A stretch of DNA of 64,000 nt from Escherichia coli (GCF_041248615.1 NZ_CP158426.1), one strand, 5' to 3'. Numbered from the stretch's first letter, positions 37,966 to 52,640 are shown. The notes: generated from the letters alone by a model not told the origin. Program-made: numbers and translations.

Positions 37966-37984
37966 GTTCACGCCGCATCCGGCA
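37966..37984. repeat. right arm of the split REP palindrome
   Basis: GTTCACGCCGCATCCGGCA immediately after the IS right end. Confidence 0.85.
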
Positions 37985-37990
37985 TCTTTC

Positions 37991-38413
37991 CTAACGCCGA
38001 TCGAGAGAAATTGCCCCCGGCCCGGTAATTGCCAACAGCAGGAATGCGCCAGCGATACTGACATTTTTCCAGAAATTAATCATATTTGGCCCAACCGCAT
38101 CGCCGGTCATATCCCAGTAATGGTGACCAATTACCGCTGTACCCAGCGTGTAGAAAATAAACAGCACCGCCAGCGGACGGGTGAAAAAGCCAAGCACGAT
38201 TAATATCGCGGCGGGCACTTCCATAACTACCGCAATAATCGCTGCCAGCATCGGCATTGGCGCGCCCAGCGAGGCCATATATTGGACCGTACCGTCAAAA
38301 CCCATCATTTTGGGAAAACCAAAAATAATGAAAATTAAGACCACGGCGATACGGGCAATTAATAACAAAACGGGGCGTGCAGCTCCAAAATCAAAATAAC
38401 GTAGTGTGTTCAT
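37991..38413 (-). CDS. yphA: DoxX-family inner membrane protein
   Basis: ORF trimmed to [25 protein letters not shown]..., 140 aa, four TM segments. Confidence 0.9.
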
Positions 38414-38509
38414 AACCAATCCCTTTGCAAGATAATGTGATTTAAACGTAATACACACTCTTGCACCTCGCCACGCCCCAGGCATTGAGATATTCGCTAA
38501 TTATCCTGG

Positions 38510-39721
<1,212 letters not shown>

Positions 39722-40534
39722 TTAAAGATCCAGCCCAGCCGCTACGTGGCGAATGCCGCGAATCGCTAAACCCGCATCAGCGTTGATCATCACACCGCTT
39801 AATGCGCGATTATTGCGCCGCGATGCCAACATCACATACGGACCCGTAAAATCCGCCGGTTGCGGGAAAAATTGCAGCGGTAAAATGGCGGCAATTTTCT
39901 CCGGCGTCAGAGACTGCATTATCGAGGTTTCACTTTGCCCGAGCGCCTGTGGGCCGCGCAGGTCGCTGGCCATACCACACGGGCCGACGCCATTCACCCG
40001 CACTTTCGGTGCCAGTTCATAAGCCAGTTGGCGAATAAGTCCGGTTGCGGCATGTTTACTGGCGGTGTACAGCGGGCCTCCGCCGCCGGGATACCAGGCG
40101 GCATTTGACAGTGTGAAAATCATGCTGCCTTCACTGGCGATTAACGCCGGAGCGCAGGCTTTTGCGCCCAGCAGGTAACCGAGTACGTTGACGTTAAACA
40201 GCTCGTGGAAGCCAGTTTCGAGCGTCTCTGCGGGAGTATTAACCAGTGAGGCATTGTGATCCCAGATGCCCGCATTGCCGATAAAACAATCCAGCTTGCC
40301 AGAACGAGTCAGGATCTGATTAACCGCGCGTTGATAATCGGCATAACAGGTCACGTTACCTTCCACCGCCAGAATATGTTCGCCAAATCGCTGACGCAGA
40401 CTGGCGACTTTAGCCGCCGACAGTTCCAGCGTGGCAACCTGCGCGCCTTCTTCGATAAATCGCTCGACCAGCGCCAGCCCTAATCCCGATCCGCCGCCGG
40501 TAATAAAGATGGACTCGTTATGCAGATCGCTCAT
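39722..40534 (-). CDS. hcaB: 2,3-dihydroxy-2,3-dihydrophenylpropionate dehydrogenase (SDR)
   Basis: 270 aa with SDR motifs TGGGSGLG and YTASKHA. Confidence 0.93.
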   Translation of the reverse strand: MSDLHNESIFITGGGSGLGLALVERFIEEGAQVATLELSAAKVASLRQRFGEHILAVEGNVTCYADYQRAVNQILTRSGKLDCFIGNAGIWDHNASLVNTPAETLETGFHELFNVNVLGYLLGAKACAPALIASEGSMIFTLSNAAWYPGGGGPLYTASKHAATGLIRQLAYELAPKVRVNGVGPCGMASDLRGPQALGQSETSIMQSLTPEKIAAILPLQFFPQPADFTGPYVMLASRRNNRALSGVMINADAGLAIRGIRHVAAGLDL

Positions 40535-40850
40535 GGCTGCGCCTCCGGTAAGTCGATGAAGATGTCACCACCATCAACGTGTACTGGATAAGTGGTGAGC
40601 GGATCGGTGGCGGGCAGGCATAACGCTTTCCCCGTTTTCAGGCAAAAACTGGCGGCGTGCAGCGGGCACTCCACCGTGGCGTCATCTTCCAGATACCCTT
40701 CTGACATCGACGCATTACCATGGCTGCAACGATCGTTAATGGCATAAAACTCGCCGCCTACGTTGAACAGGGCGATGACGGGCGAGGTATCGATCCGGAG
40801 AGCCTCACCCTCCGGCACATCCGCAACGGGACACGCATAAATTCGATTCA

Positions 40851-40851
<1 letters not shown>
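40531..40851 (-). CDS. hcaC: Rieske-type ferredoxin of 3-phenylpropionate dioxygenase
   Basis: 106 aa with Rieske motifs CSH...CPLH. Confidence 0.93.
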
Positions 40852-42763
<1,912 letters not shown>

Positions 42764-42862
42764 CTATTTTTGTGCCATAAGGATGTTGCTGGTTGGTTGC
42801 TAATATGTGAAATAGTTAATTTCTACCAGCTGAGACGTTTTTTCGATAACAAGGGGAAGGTG

Positions 42863-43753
42863 ATGGAACTACGACATTTACGCTATTTCGTCGCAGTGGC
42901 GCAGGCACTGAACTTTACCCGTGCGGCGGAAAAACTGCATACCTCACAGCCTTCGTTAAGCAGCCAGATCCGCGATCTTGAAAACTGTATCGGTGTTCCG
43001 TTGCTGGTGAGGGATAAGCGCAAAGTCGCGTTGACGGCGGCGGGAGAATGTTTTCTCCAGGACGCGCTGGCAATCCTCGAACAAGCGGAAAATGCCAAAT
43101 TACGGGCGCGGAAAATTGTTCAGGAAGACAGACAATTAACCATTGGCTTTGTGCCATCGGCGGAAGTGAATTTACTGCCAAAAGTATTACCGATGTTTCG
43201 TCTCAGACAGCCAGACACCTTGATTGAGCTGGTGAGTTTAATCACCACGGAACAGGAAGAAAAAATTCGCCGTGGTGAACTCGACGTCGGCTTAATGCGC
43301 CATCCTGTTTATAGCCCGGAGATTGATTATCTGGAGCTTTTTGACGAACCATTAGTGGTGGTGTTACCGGTTGATCACCCTTTAGCACATGAAAAAGAGA
43401 TCACTGCCGCGCAACTGGATGGCGTGAATTTCGTCAGTACTGATCCAGCGTATTCCGGTTCGCTTGCGCCGATCGTTAAAGCGTGGTTTGCGCAAGAAAA
43501 CAGCCAGCCAAATATCGTCCAGGTGGCAACGAATATTCTGGTGACCATGAATCTGGTGGGGATGGGGCTGGGCGTCACTTTGATACCCGGTTATATGAAT
43601 AATTTTAATACCGGCCAGGTGGTATTTCGACCCATTGCCGGAAATGTGCCTTCCATTGCTTTACTGATGGCGTGGAAGAAAGGGGAGATGAAGCCGGCAT
43701 TACGCGATTTCATCGCCATTGTGCAGGAACGTTTGGCAAGCGTAACGGCATAA
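42863..43753 (+). CDS. hcaR: LysR-type activator of the hca operon
   Basis: ORF trimmed to MELRHLRYFVAVAQALNFTRAAEKLHTSQPSLSSQIRDLE..., 296 aa. Divergent from hcaE. Confidence 0.93.
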   Translation: MELRHLRYFVAVAQALNFTRAAEKLHTSQPSLSSQIRDLENCIGVPLLVRDKRKVALTAAGECFLQDALAILEQAENAKLRARKIVQEDRQLTIGFVPSAEVNLLPKVLPMFRLRQPDTLIELVSLITTEQEEKIRRGELDVGLMRHPVYSPEIDYLELFDEPLVVVLPVDHPLAHEKEITAAQLDGVNFVSTDPAYSGSLAPIVKAWFAQENSQPNIVQVATNILVTMNLVGMGLGVTLIPGYMNNFNTGQVVFRPIAGNVPSIALLMAWKKGEMKPALRDFIAIVQERLASVTA

Positions 43754-43912
43754 TTACGCATTATTTTTGCAACATGCGTCGCGGCTCGCAGTTTTTTAGT
43801 GCTTGTGAACTGGCGTTACAGACATCGGGAAGCAGGCTCGAATATTCTTATCTTTCAACTTGCACCAACATTCGATTAACCCCAGACTAACGCCTCCTGA
43901 CGGGAGGGACTC

Positions 43913-45052
43913 ATGGTTTTGCAATCCACGCGCTGGTTGGCGCTCGGCTATTTCACATACTTTTTTAGTTACGGCATTTTTCTACCTTTCTGGAGCGTTT
44001 GGCTTAAGGGGATTGGCTTAACGCCAGAAACCATCGGCCTGTTATTGGGGGCAGGTCTGGTTGCCCGTTTTCTCGGGAGTTTGCTCATCGCGCCCCGCGT
44101 CAGCGATCCTTCTCGCCTGATTTCCGCCTTGCGCGTGCTGGCACTGCTGACACTTCTCTTTGCAGTCGCCTTCTGGGCGGGGGCGCACGTAGCGTGGCTG
44201 ATGCTGGTGATGATTGGCTTTAACCTCTTTTTCTCACCGCTGGTACCGTTGACCGATGCACTGGCGAATACGTGGCAAAAGCAGTTCCCGCTTGATTACG
44301 GCAAAGTGCGATTGTGGGGCTCGGTGGCGTTTGTCATTGGCTCGGCGCTGACGGGTAAACTGGTCACTATGTTTGATTATCGGGTGATCCTCGCGCTGTT
44401 GACGTTGGGCGTGGCATCCATGCTGCTCGGCTTTCTCATCCGTCCGACGATTCAGCCACAAGGGGCAAGCCGCCAGCAGGAGAGCACCGGTTGGTCTGCG
44501 TGGTTGGCGCTGGTTCGCCAGAACTGGCGCTTTCTGGCCTGCGTTTGTTTATTGCAGGGGGCGCATGCGGCCTATTACGGTTTTAGCGCCATTTACTGGC
44601 AGGCTGCTGGCTACTCGGCCTCGGCGGTGGGCTATTTGTGGTCGCTGGGCGTGGTGGCGGAAGTCATTATCTTTGCGCTGAGTAATAAACTTTTCCGCCG
44701 TTGTAGTGCACGCGATATGCTGTTGATCTCGGCGATTTGCGGCGTAGTGCGCTGGGGCATTATGGGAGCAACTACGGCGTTGCCGTGGTTGATAGTGGTG
44801 CAAATTCTGCATTGTGGCACCTTCACGGTCTGCCACCTGGCCGCCATGCGCTATATTGCCGCTCGCCAGGGTAGCGAAGTCATCCGTTTACAGGCGGTTT
44901 ACTCTGCCGTCGCGATGGGCGGCAGTATCGCGATCATGACCGTTTTCGCCGGTTTCCTGTATCAATATCTGGGGCACGGCGTGTTCTGGGTGATGGCGCT
45001 GGTGGCGCTTCCGGCAATGTTTTTGCGCCCGAAAGTTGTTCCCTCATGCTGA
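43913..45052 (+). CDS. hcaT: MFS transporter (putative 3-phenylpropionate permease)
   Basis: 379 aa, 12-TM MFS. Confidence 0.9.
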   Translation: MVLQSTRWLALGYFTYFFSYGIFLPFWSVWLKGIGLTPETIGLLLGAGLVARFLGSLLIAPRVSDPSRLISALRVLALLTLLFAVAFWAGAHVAWLMLVMIGFNLFFSPLVPLTDALANTWQKQFPLDYGKVRLWGSVAFVIGSALTGKLVTMFDYRVILALLTLGVASMLLGFLIRPTIQPQGASRQQESTGWSAWLALVRQNWRFLACVCLLQGAHAAYYGFSAIYWQAAGYSASAVGYLWSLGVVAEVIIFALSNKLFRRCSARDMLLISAICGVVRWGIMGATTALPWLIVVQILHCGTFTVCHLAAMRYIAARQGSEVIRLQAVYSAVAMGGSIAIMTVFAGFLYQYLGHGVFWVMALVALPAMFLRPKVVPSC

Positions 45053-46324
45053 TTCGAGCATTTTGCGGATTTGCTCCTGTTGATGTGTTGTCAGCGTCAG
45101 GTCCGTATAGATCAGCGGTGGTGAAAAGAGCGGTAACGGCATGGTATAAGGAGCAATAATCAGTGCCGCGCCGCGCGGAGCGCCTGTCTGCAAAAATACC
45201 TTTACCGACATATGTTTAATGTTGAGCGGCAGTAACGTTAGTTCGCGTAGCTGCTGCTCAATCTGCGCTTCTCGCTCGCTATCATTCCCGGTCAGTAGAA
45301 TAATCTGTTTCTCATGCAGGTCGTTTTCCTGCATTAGCCAGGCACCGAAAATCACCGCGACCAGACCGCTTTCCTCATCAGAAAGATGGACGCCGTATTC
45401 ACTTTCAAATCCGGCCAGCGCCGCGCGGGTGGTGCGCACCAGGCGTGGATACAGGCGGGCGAACTCTTCCGGCAGGGTGTTATCAATACCGATGGCAAAC
45501 AAGCTGCGATTTAACGCCTGGGCGAGGTGGGTATAAAGCTGATCGCACAACCCCTGTTCATCATAAAAACGAACATTTCCCAGCTCACGAAAATGGTTTA
45601 CCAGACGTTTGATAGACTGACGCAGTTGTCTGTCCCGCTGATGCGCATCCCGCAGTGGATCGGGAACCCGCAACATGGAAAAAAGTAATGCCATGAACAG
45701 TGGCTCATCAGGCGGTACAGGCTGGAGTGCCCGACGCTGCCAGTGGCGTCCAATTTCCTGCGCTACCTGAAATTCAAGGCAGGATTCCGCCCAGCGACGT
45801 TGGAGCGGATTAAACTGAGGCGTAATTCCAGCGTGGTGTTGCAGCAAACAATATTGCAGATACAGACACAGGAAATGAATATCGCGCGTTTCAAAGCGTT
45901 TTTGCAGCCGTCGGGAGCAGAGATTCACTAACGCTTGTAGATTGGTATCGTCGTAAAAGTTACGCGCAATTCCGCGCCGCTTCAGTTCACTCTTCAGGGC
46001 GGGGGTGAAATGGCTGGTAATAAATGACGGACAGAGACGGAAACCACGTCGTAGCCAGTGAAATAAACACAAACGTTGGTTAAGCACTGTACCTTCAACC
46101 CGGTAGCTACCGTCATAACCAGTAGTCAGTGTGAGTTGATGATAGCGCAGGATCTCCCGTCCTGTTTCGCTGATATCAAGACTGGCAATATCATCATCCA
46201 CACCATTAAGCTCGCTGAAAGTTGCCGTGGTGGCGGTCAACCCCGGCTGAAAGAGTGTCAGCAAGATCTGGCAGCGGCGCTGGGGAGCCGAAAGGACAGA
46301 TGGTGGAGCAAGCGTAGGCATCAT
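45044..46324 (-). CDS. csiE: stationary-phase inducible protein CsiE
   Basis: ORF trimmed to MMPTLAPPSVLSAPQRRCQILLTLF..., 426 aa, PRD-like domains. Its 3' end overlaps hcaT by 9 nt. Confidence 0.9.
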   Translation of the reverse strand: MMPTLAPPSVLSAPQRRCQILLTLFQPGLTATTATFSELNGVDDDIASLDISETGREILRYHQLTLTTGYDGSYRVEGTVLNQRLCLFHWLRRGFRLCPSFITSHFTPALKSELKRRGIARNFYDDTNLQALVNLCSRRLQKRFETRDIHFLCLYLQYCLLQHHAGITPQFNPLQRRWAESCLEFQVAQEIGRHWQRRALQPVPPDEPLFMALLFSMLRVPDPLRDAHQRDRQLRQSIKRLVNHFRELGNVRFYDEQGLCDQLYTHLAQALNRSLFAIGIDNTLPEEFARLYPRLVRTTRAALAGFESEYGVHLSDEESGLVAVIFGAWLMQENDLHEKQIILLTGNDSEREAQIEQQLRELTLLPLNIKHMSVKVFLQTGAPRGAALIIAPYTMPLPLFSPPLIYTDLTLTTHQQEQIRKMLESA

Positions 46325-46514
46325 CTGTAGATCTCCCATAAGCATAATTGATAAGAATAGCTAAAGTTTGCTCAGGGAAATGGCGAAGGGAATGCTAATG
46401 ATCAGAAATGTTGGCAAGCGTCACAGAATTTTTCTCATCTTAAACTGTTCTGACCAGTGGATTAGCATGTCTTAAGGTGGTTTTGTGAATGATTATCGTG
46501 CTAGCGATCATGGG

Positions 46515-47368
46515 TTAGTTCTGCGGATTCAACGCGCTAAGGATAAAATCCACCATCTGTTCGCGATAAACATCGCCGTGACGATCGGAAAAAGCATCAA
46601 TGTGTTCGCCATCCGGGATTAGGATCAACCGTTTTGGCTCTTTTGCCAGGCTATACAACTTTTCGCTGTGCTGCCATGGGATAACGTGATCAGCTTTACC
46701 GTGAATGAGTAAAAGCGGGATCGGGCTGACGCTGGCGATGTAATTTTCGCCGCTGTAACTCTCATCAAGTAAGTAGCCACTGCCGGGGATCATCTGGTTG
46801 GCGATGGTCGCATAAGAGGCAAATGTGGAGTCGAGGATCACCGCACGTATGCCTTCACGATCACCCTGACCAATAACATCCAGAATATTCGCCCCGCCAA
46901 TACTCTGCCCGAACAGCACCAGCCGTTGTGGGTTTACATCACTGCGATGGCGCACCACATTGATGGCACTTTGCGTATCGTCCAGCAATCCGGCCTGGGA
47001 CGGCGTGCCTTTTGATTTACCAAACCCGCGATAATCAAACATAAAAACGTTGAAATTACGCTCGGGTAACCAACTGACCAGCGGCCAGTGGGCGGACATA
47101 TTTCCGGCATTGCCGTGAGCATGAATAATGGTGGCAATGGCATTTTCAGCGGGGCCAGTTGCAGAAGGGATAAACCAACCATGTAGGCGAGTGCCATCTT
47201 TAGCGGTGAATTCTACTGATTCGGCTGACCAGGGATCGGGGCCGTAGATTTTGTCGTCAGGGTAATAGAAAAATTGATGGCGATGCGCGGTATTAAATAA
47301 ATGCAGAAGGCAACAACAAAGAGAATAAACAGAATTTTGAGAACGCGTTTGTTCACTGGCAGCGCCAT
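46515..47368 (-). pseudogene. yfhR: alpha/beta-hydrolase (S9-type) gene yfhR carrying a frameshift after the membrane anchor
   Basis: The N-terminal anchor MALPVNKRVLKILFILFVVAFCIYLIPRIAINF is in one frame (ORF 47213-47395). The hydrolase body FYYPDDKIYGPDPW...GQSIGG... is in another (ORF 46515-47513). 854 nt is one base short of the 285 codons expected. Confidence 0.75.
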
Positions 47369-47512
47369 AACCTTTCCTTGCGACTTCTTTATCATCCATT
47401 AATCGGGGAAAGATGGTGGGAGAGTGGCGAAAGAAAGTAAAGCGGTGAGGAAGTATTTCGGAATAGCGCCTGAAAGGCGAGGGCGGGTGAGTGACATCAC
47501 CCGCCAGAGTCA

Positions 47513-48316
47513 TTAACGCTTCAGGGCGTCGCTTAACTCGTCACGCATGTTCGCCAGCATGGCTTTAACAACGCGCGGGTTACCAGCAACGATGTTACCG
47601 GTCAGCATGTAGTTATGACCACCGGTGAAGTCGCTGACGATGCCGCCCGCTTCACGAACCAGCAGCTCGCCTGCCGCGAAATCCCACGGACGCAGACCGA
47701 TTTCAAAGAAACCGTCAACGCGACCCGCAGCAACGTAAGCCAGATCCAGCGCCGCAGAACCGGTACGACGGAAGTCTGCACATTCGTTGAACAGTTTGCC
47801 GACGATGTTGATGTAGGTGGTGGCGTACTGTTTTGCTTTGAACGGGAAGCCGGTCGCCAGAATAGTACCGTCGAGATCGCGAGCGGTGCTGCCGCGCAGA
47901 CGGTAGCCGTTCAGCTGTGCGCCCTGACCGCGAGTGGCGGTGAACAGTTCGTTACGCATAGGATCGTAAACCACAGCAACTTCAGTGCGGCCTTTGATAC
48001 GAACGGCGATAGATACCGCGAAGTGCGGCAGACGTTTGATAAAGTTGGTAGTGCCATCCAGTGGATCGATAACCCATTGAACATCCTGATCAGTACCTTC
48101 AAGTTCACCGCTTTCTTCGGTGATGATGGTGTGCTGTGGGTAAGATTTACGAATCGTGTCGATAATCACCGCTTCGGCAGCTTTATCTACGTTGGTCACG
48201 AAGTCGTTACTGCCTTTCTGGCTCGCTTCTACAGCGTCCGGGGTTTCATAGTTTTTGGCAATTAAATTACCCGCCTTGCGCGCTGCGCGCACGGCGATGT
48301 TCAGCATCGGATGCAT
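47513..48316 (-). CDS. suhB: inositol monophosphatase / Nus factor SuhB
   Basis: 267 aa (MHPMLNIAVRAARKAGNLIAKNYE...) with IMPase motifs DPLDGT and WDxAAG. Confidence 0.96.
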   Translation of the reverse strand: MHPMLNIAVRAARKAGNLIAKNYETPDAVEASQKGSNDFVTNVDKAAEAVIIDTIRKSYPQHTIITEESGELEGTDQDVQWVIDPLDGTTNFIKRLPHFAVSIAVRIKGRTEVAVVYDPMRNELFTATRGQGAQLNGYRLRGSTARDLDGTILATGFPFKAKQYATTYINIVGKLFNECADFRRTGSAALDLAYVAAGRVDGFFEIGLRPWDFAAGELLVREAGGIVSDFTGGHNYMLTGNIVAGNPRVVKAMLANMRDELSDALKR

Positions 48317-48434
48317 CGGTCTCTCTCACTGGATGTTAAAGAACGGGAAAACGGCGCAGAGTATAGCAGCGAGATCGGCATCTGTCTTCGTTTTATGATA
48401 AGATGCGCGAATAATCTTTAGACGAAGAAAGACA

Positions 48435-49175
48435 ATGCTGCAAAATATTCGAATTGTGCTGGTGGAGACGTCACACACCGGCAATATGGGTTCTGTTGCC
48501 CGTGCCATGAAAACAATGGGATTAACCAATCTGTGGTTGGTTAATCCACTGGTGAAACCTGACTCCCAGGCGATTGCCCTGGCAGCAGGGGCCAGCGATG
48601 TGATTGGTAATGCTCATATCGTCGATACGCTCGACGAAGCGTTAGCCGGTTGTAGCCTGGTGGTGGGCACCAGCGCACGCTCCCGCACGCTGCCGTGGCC
48701 GATGCTCGACCCGCGCGAATGCGGTCTGAAAAGCGTCGCTGAAGCGGCAAATACCCCGGTGGCGCTGGTTTTTGGTCGCGAGCGCGTCGGCTTGACCAAT
48801 GAAGAGTTGCAGAAATGCCATTATCATGTCGCGATTGCCGCTAACCCGGAATACAGTTCGCTGAACCTGGCGATGGCGGTTCAGGTTATTGCCTATGAAG
48901 TGCGCATGGCCTGGCTTGCAACTCAGGAAAATGGTGAGCAGGTCGAGCATGAAGAGACGCCGTATCCGCTGGTCGATGATCTGGAGCGTTTTTATGGTCA
49001 TCTGGAACAAACGCTGCTGGCAACCGGTTTTATCCGTGAAAACCATCCGGGGCAGGTGATGAATAAATTGCGTCGTTTGTTTACCCGTGCGCGCCCGGAA
49101 AGCCAGGAATTGAATATCCTGCGCGGGATTCTGGCTTCTATAGAGCAGCAGAATAAAGGTAATAAGGCCGAATAA
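48435..49175 (+). CDS. trmJ: tRNA (cytidine/uridine-2'-O)-methyltransferase TrmJ
   Basis: 246 aa, SpoU/TrmH fold ([29 protein letters not shown]...). Confidence 0.95.
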
Positions 49176-49183
49176 TAGTGGTT

Positions 49184-49268
49184 GCCTGATGCGACGCTTA
49201 ACGCGTCTTATCAGGCCTACAATGTACAGAACCGTAGGTCGGATAAGGTGTTCACACCGCATCCGACA
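49184..49268. repeat. BIME: two inverted REP palindromes
   Basis: GCCTGATGCGACGCTTAACGCGTCTTATCAGGCCTAC and GTAGGTCGGATAAGGTGTTCACACCGCATCCGACA. Confidence 0.7.
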
Positions 49269-49311
49269 ACAGGTACAAACGCCACGATAAAAAAATGGCA
49301 CTGAAGGTTAA

Positions 49312-49362
49312 ATACCCGACTAAATCAGTCAAGTAAATAGTTGACCAATTTACTCGGGAATG
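49312..49362. promoter_or_regulatory. IscR type-1 binding sites in the iscR promoter
   Basis: ATACCCGACTAAATCAGTCAAGTAA (49312-49336) fits ATASYYGACTRWWWYAGTCRRSTAT. A second, weaker site ATAGTTGACCAATTTACTCGGGAAT follows. Confidence 0.55.
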
Positions 49363-49444
49363 TCAGACTTGACCCTGCTATGCAATACCCCCACTTTTAC
49401 AATAAAAAACCCCGGGCAGGGGCGAGTTTGAGGTGAAGTAAGAC

Positions 49445-49933
49445 ATGAGACTGACATCTAAAGGGCGCTATGCCGTGACCGCAATGCTTGACGTTGCGCT
49501 CAACTCTGAAGCGGGCCCGGTACCGTTGGCTGATATTTCCGAACGTCAGGGAATTTCCCTTTCTTATCTGGAACAACTGTTTTCCCGTCTGCGTAAAAAT
49601 GGTCTGGTTTCCAGCGTACGTGGACCAGGCGGTGGTTATCTGTTAGGCAAAGATGCCAGCAGTATCGCCGTTGGCGAAGTGATTAGCGCCGTTGACGAAT
49701 CTGTAGATGCCACCCGTTGTCAGGGTAAAGGCGGCTGCCAGGGCGGCGATAAATGCCTGACCCACGCGCTGTGGCGTGATTTGAGCGACCGTCTCACCGG
49801 TTTTCTCAACAACATTACTTTAGGCGAACTGGTTAATAACCAGGAAGTGCTGGATGTGTCTGGTCGTCAGCATACTCACGACGCGCCACGCACCCGCACA
49901 CAAGACGCGATCGACGTTAAGTTACGCGCTTAA
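49445..49933 (+). CDS. iscR: Fe-S cluster regulator IscR (Rrf2 family)
   Basis: 162 aa ([46 protein letters not shown]...) with Cys92/98/104 cluster ligands. Confidence 0.97.
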
Positions 49934-50044
49934 TAAAAAGTATTCAGAATCAGGCCGGAGTGTTTAACACTCCGTAAACACGGTCGTACATCCAGCCGGT
50001 AGCCTGGTTCCTTGCATTGAGTGATGTACGGAGTTTATAGAGCA

Positions 50045-51259
50045 ATGAAATTACCGATTTATCTCGACTACTCCGCAACCACGCCGGTGGACCCGCGTGT
50101 TGCCGAGAAAATGATGCAGTTTATGACGATGGACGGAACCTTTGGTAACCCGGCCTCCCGTTCTCACCGTTTCGGCTGGCAGGCTGAAGAAGCGGTAGAT
50201 ATCGCCCGTAATCAGATTGCCGATCTGGTCGGCGCTGACCCGCGTGAAATCGTCTTTACCTCTGGTGCAACCGAATCTGACAACCTGGCGATCAAAGGTG
50301 CAGCCAACTTTTATCAGAAAAAAGGCAAGCACATCATCACCAGCAAAACCGAACACAAAGCGGTACTGGATACCTGCCGTCAGCTGGAGCGCGAAGGTTT
50401 CGAAGTCACCTACCTGGCACCGCAGCGTAACGGCATTATCGACCTGAAAGAACTTGAAGCAGCGATGCGTGACGACACCATCCTCGTTTCTATCATGCAC
50501 GTGAATAACGAAATCGGCGTGGTGCAGGATATCGCGGCTATCGGCGAAATGTGCCGTGCTCGCGGCATTATCTATCACGTTGATGCAACCCAGAGCGTGG
50601 GCAAACTGCCTATCGACCTGAGCCAGTTGAAAGTTGACCTGATGTCATTCTCCGGTCACAAAATCTATGGCCCGAAAGGTATCGGTGCGCTGTATGTACG
50701 TCGTAAACCGCGCGTACGCATCGAAGCGCAAATGCACGGCGGCGGTCACGAGCGCGGTATGCGTTCCGGCACCCTGCCTGTCCACCAGATCGTCGGTATG
50801 GGCGAAGCCTATCGCATCGCAAAAGAAGAGATGGCGACCGAGATGGAACGTCTGCGCGGCCTGCGTAACCGTCTGTGGAACGGCATCAAAGATATCGAAG
50901 AAGTTTACCTGAACGGTGACCTGGAACACGGCGCGCCGAACATTCTCAACGTCAGCTTCAACTACGTTGAAGGTGAGTCGCTGATTATGGCGCTGAAAGA
51001 CCTCGCGGTTTCTTCAGGTTCCGCCTGTACGTCAGCAAGCCTCGAACCGTCCTACGTGCTGCGCGCGCTGGGGCTGAACGACGAGCTGGCACATAGCTCT
51101 ATCCGTTTCTCTTTAGGTCGTTTTACTACTGAAGAAGAGATCGACTACACCATCGAGTTAGTTCGTAAATCCATCGGTCGTCTGCGTGACCTTTCTCCGC
51201 TGTGGGAAATGTACAAGCAGGGCGTGGATCTGAACAGCATCGAATGGGCTCATCATTAA
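50045..51259 (+). CDS. iscS: cysteine desulfurase IscS
   Basis: ORF trimmed to [19 protein letters not shown]..., 404 aa. PLP-Lys motif SGHK and active-site motif SSGSACTS. Confidence 0.97.
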
Positions 51260-51286
51260 TCGGTATCGGAATCAGGAGAATTTATA

Positions 51287-51673
51287 ATGGCTTACAGCGA
51301 AAAAGTTATCGACCATTACGAGAATCCGCGTAACGTGGGTTCCTTTGACAACAACGACGAGAACGTCGGCAGCGGCATGGTGGGTGCACCGGCATGTGGC
51401 GATGTGATGAAGTTGCAGATTAAAGTCAACGATGAAGGTATCATTGAAGACGCGCGTTTTAAAACTTACGGCTGCGGTTCTGCTATCGCTTCCAGCTCCC
51501 TGGTCACCGAATGGGTGAAAGGGAAGTCTCTCGACGAAGCGCAGGCGATCAAAAACACCGATATTGCTGAAGAACTTGAACTGCCGCCAGTGAAAATTCA
51601 CTGTTCTATTCTGGCAGAAGACGCGATCAAAGCCGCCATTGCGGACTATAAAAGCAAACGTGAAGCAAAATAA
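51287..51673 (+). CDS. iscU: Fe-S scaffold IscU
   Basis: 128 aa with GAPACGD and LPPVKIHCS motifs. Confidence 0.97.
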   Translation: MAYSEKVIDHYENPRNVGSFDNNDENVGSGMVGAPACGDVMKLQIKVNDEGIIEDARFKTYGCGSAIASSSLVTEWVKGKSLDEAQAIKNTDIAEELELPPVKIHCSILAEDAIKAAIADYKSKREAK

Positions 51674-51689
51674 GAGTTGAGGTTTGGTT

Positions 51690-52013
51690 ATGTCGATTAC
51701 ACTGAGCGACAGTGCAGCAGCGCGAGTAAATACCTTTCTGGCTAACCGTGGCAAAGGGTTTGGCCTGCGTCTGGGCGTGAGAACCTCCGGATGTTCAGGT
51801 ATGGCTTATGTACTGGAATTTGTTGACGAACCGACGCCGGAAGACATCGTGTTTGAAGACAAAGGCGTGAAAGTCGTGGTCGATGGCAAAAGCCTGCAAT
51901 TTCTGGACGGTACGCAGCTGGACTTCGTAAAAGAAGGCCTGAACGAAGGGTTTAAATTCACCAACCCGAACGTTAAAGATGAGTGTGGTTGCGGCGAAAG
52001 CTTCCACGTTTGA
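51690..52013 (+). CDS. iscA: A-type Fe-S carrier IscA
   Basis: ORF trimmed to [17 protein letters not shown]..., 107 aa, C-terminal CGCGESF. Confidence 0.96.
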   Translation: MSITLSDSAAARVNTFLANRGKGFGLRLGVRTSGCSGMAYVLEFVDEPTPEDIVFEDKGVKVVVDGKSLQFLDGTQLDFVKEGLNEGFKFTNPNVKDECGCGESFHV

Positions 52014-52108
52014 TGCGCATACCGATAACCCCACCGTGGTCGCCTGCGCGTGGGGTTTGTTTTACCTGATTCGCCGTTATCGCGGCGGATCGCAGCCCTG
52101 AGAATGTT

Positions 52109-52624
52109 ATGGATTACTTCACCCTCTTTGGCTTGCCTGCCCGTTATCAACTCGATACCCAGGCGCTGAGCCTGCGTTTTCAGGATCTACAACGTCAGTA
52201 TCATCCTGATAAATTCGCCAGCGGAAGCCAGGCGGAACAACTCGCCGCCGTACAGCAATCTGCAACCATTAACCAGGCCTGGCAAACGCTGCGTCATCCG
52301 TTAATGCGCGCGGAATATTTGCTTTCTTTGCACGGTTTTGATCTCGCCAGCGAGCAGCATACTGTGCGCGATACCGCGTTCCTGATGGAACAGCTGGAGC
52401 TGCGCGAAGAACTGGACGAGATCGAACAGGCGAAAGATGAAGCGCGGCTGGAAAGCTTTATCAAACGTGTGAAAAAGATGTTTGATACCCGCCATCAGTT
52501 GATGGTTGAACAGTTAGACAACGAGACGTGGGACGCGGCGGCGGATACCGTGCGTAAGCTGCGTTTTCTCGATAAACTGCGAAGCAGTGCCGAACAACTC
52601 GAAGAAAAACTGCTCGATTTTTAA
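52109..52624 (+). CDS. hscB: J-type co-chaperone HscB
   Basis: 171 aa with J-domain HPD motif (QRQYHPDKF). Confidence 0.95.
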   Translation: MDYFTLFGLPARYQLDTQALSLRFQDLQRQYHPDKFASGSQAEQLAAVQQSATINQAWQTLRHPLMRAEYLLSLHGFDLASEQHTVRDTAFLMEQLELREELDEIEQAKDEARLESFIKRVKKMFDTRHQLMVEQLDNETWDAAADTVRKLRFLDKLRSSAEQLEEKLLDF

Positions 52625-52640
52625 TTTCTGGAAGCTAAAC

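Noticed and set aside
46515-47513. Reading the 332-aa ORF as an intact, longer YfhR
   Set aside because: The upstream 80 or so codons overlap the suhB 3' end and have no hydrolase or anchor features. The genuine anchor sequence is in another frame (47213-47395), so a frameshifted gene is the better explanation.
49184-49268. Clustered palindromic repeats (here and at 56568-56651 and 36517-37984) as a possible CRISPR-like array
   Set aside because: They are canonical REP/BIME palindromes in inverted orientation, with no regular repeat-spacer periodicity and no cas genes.
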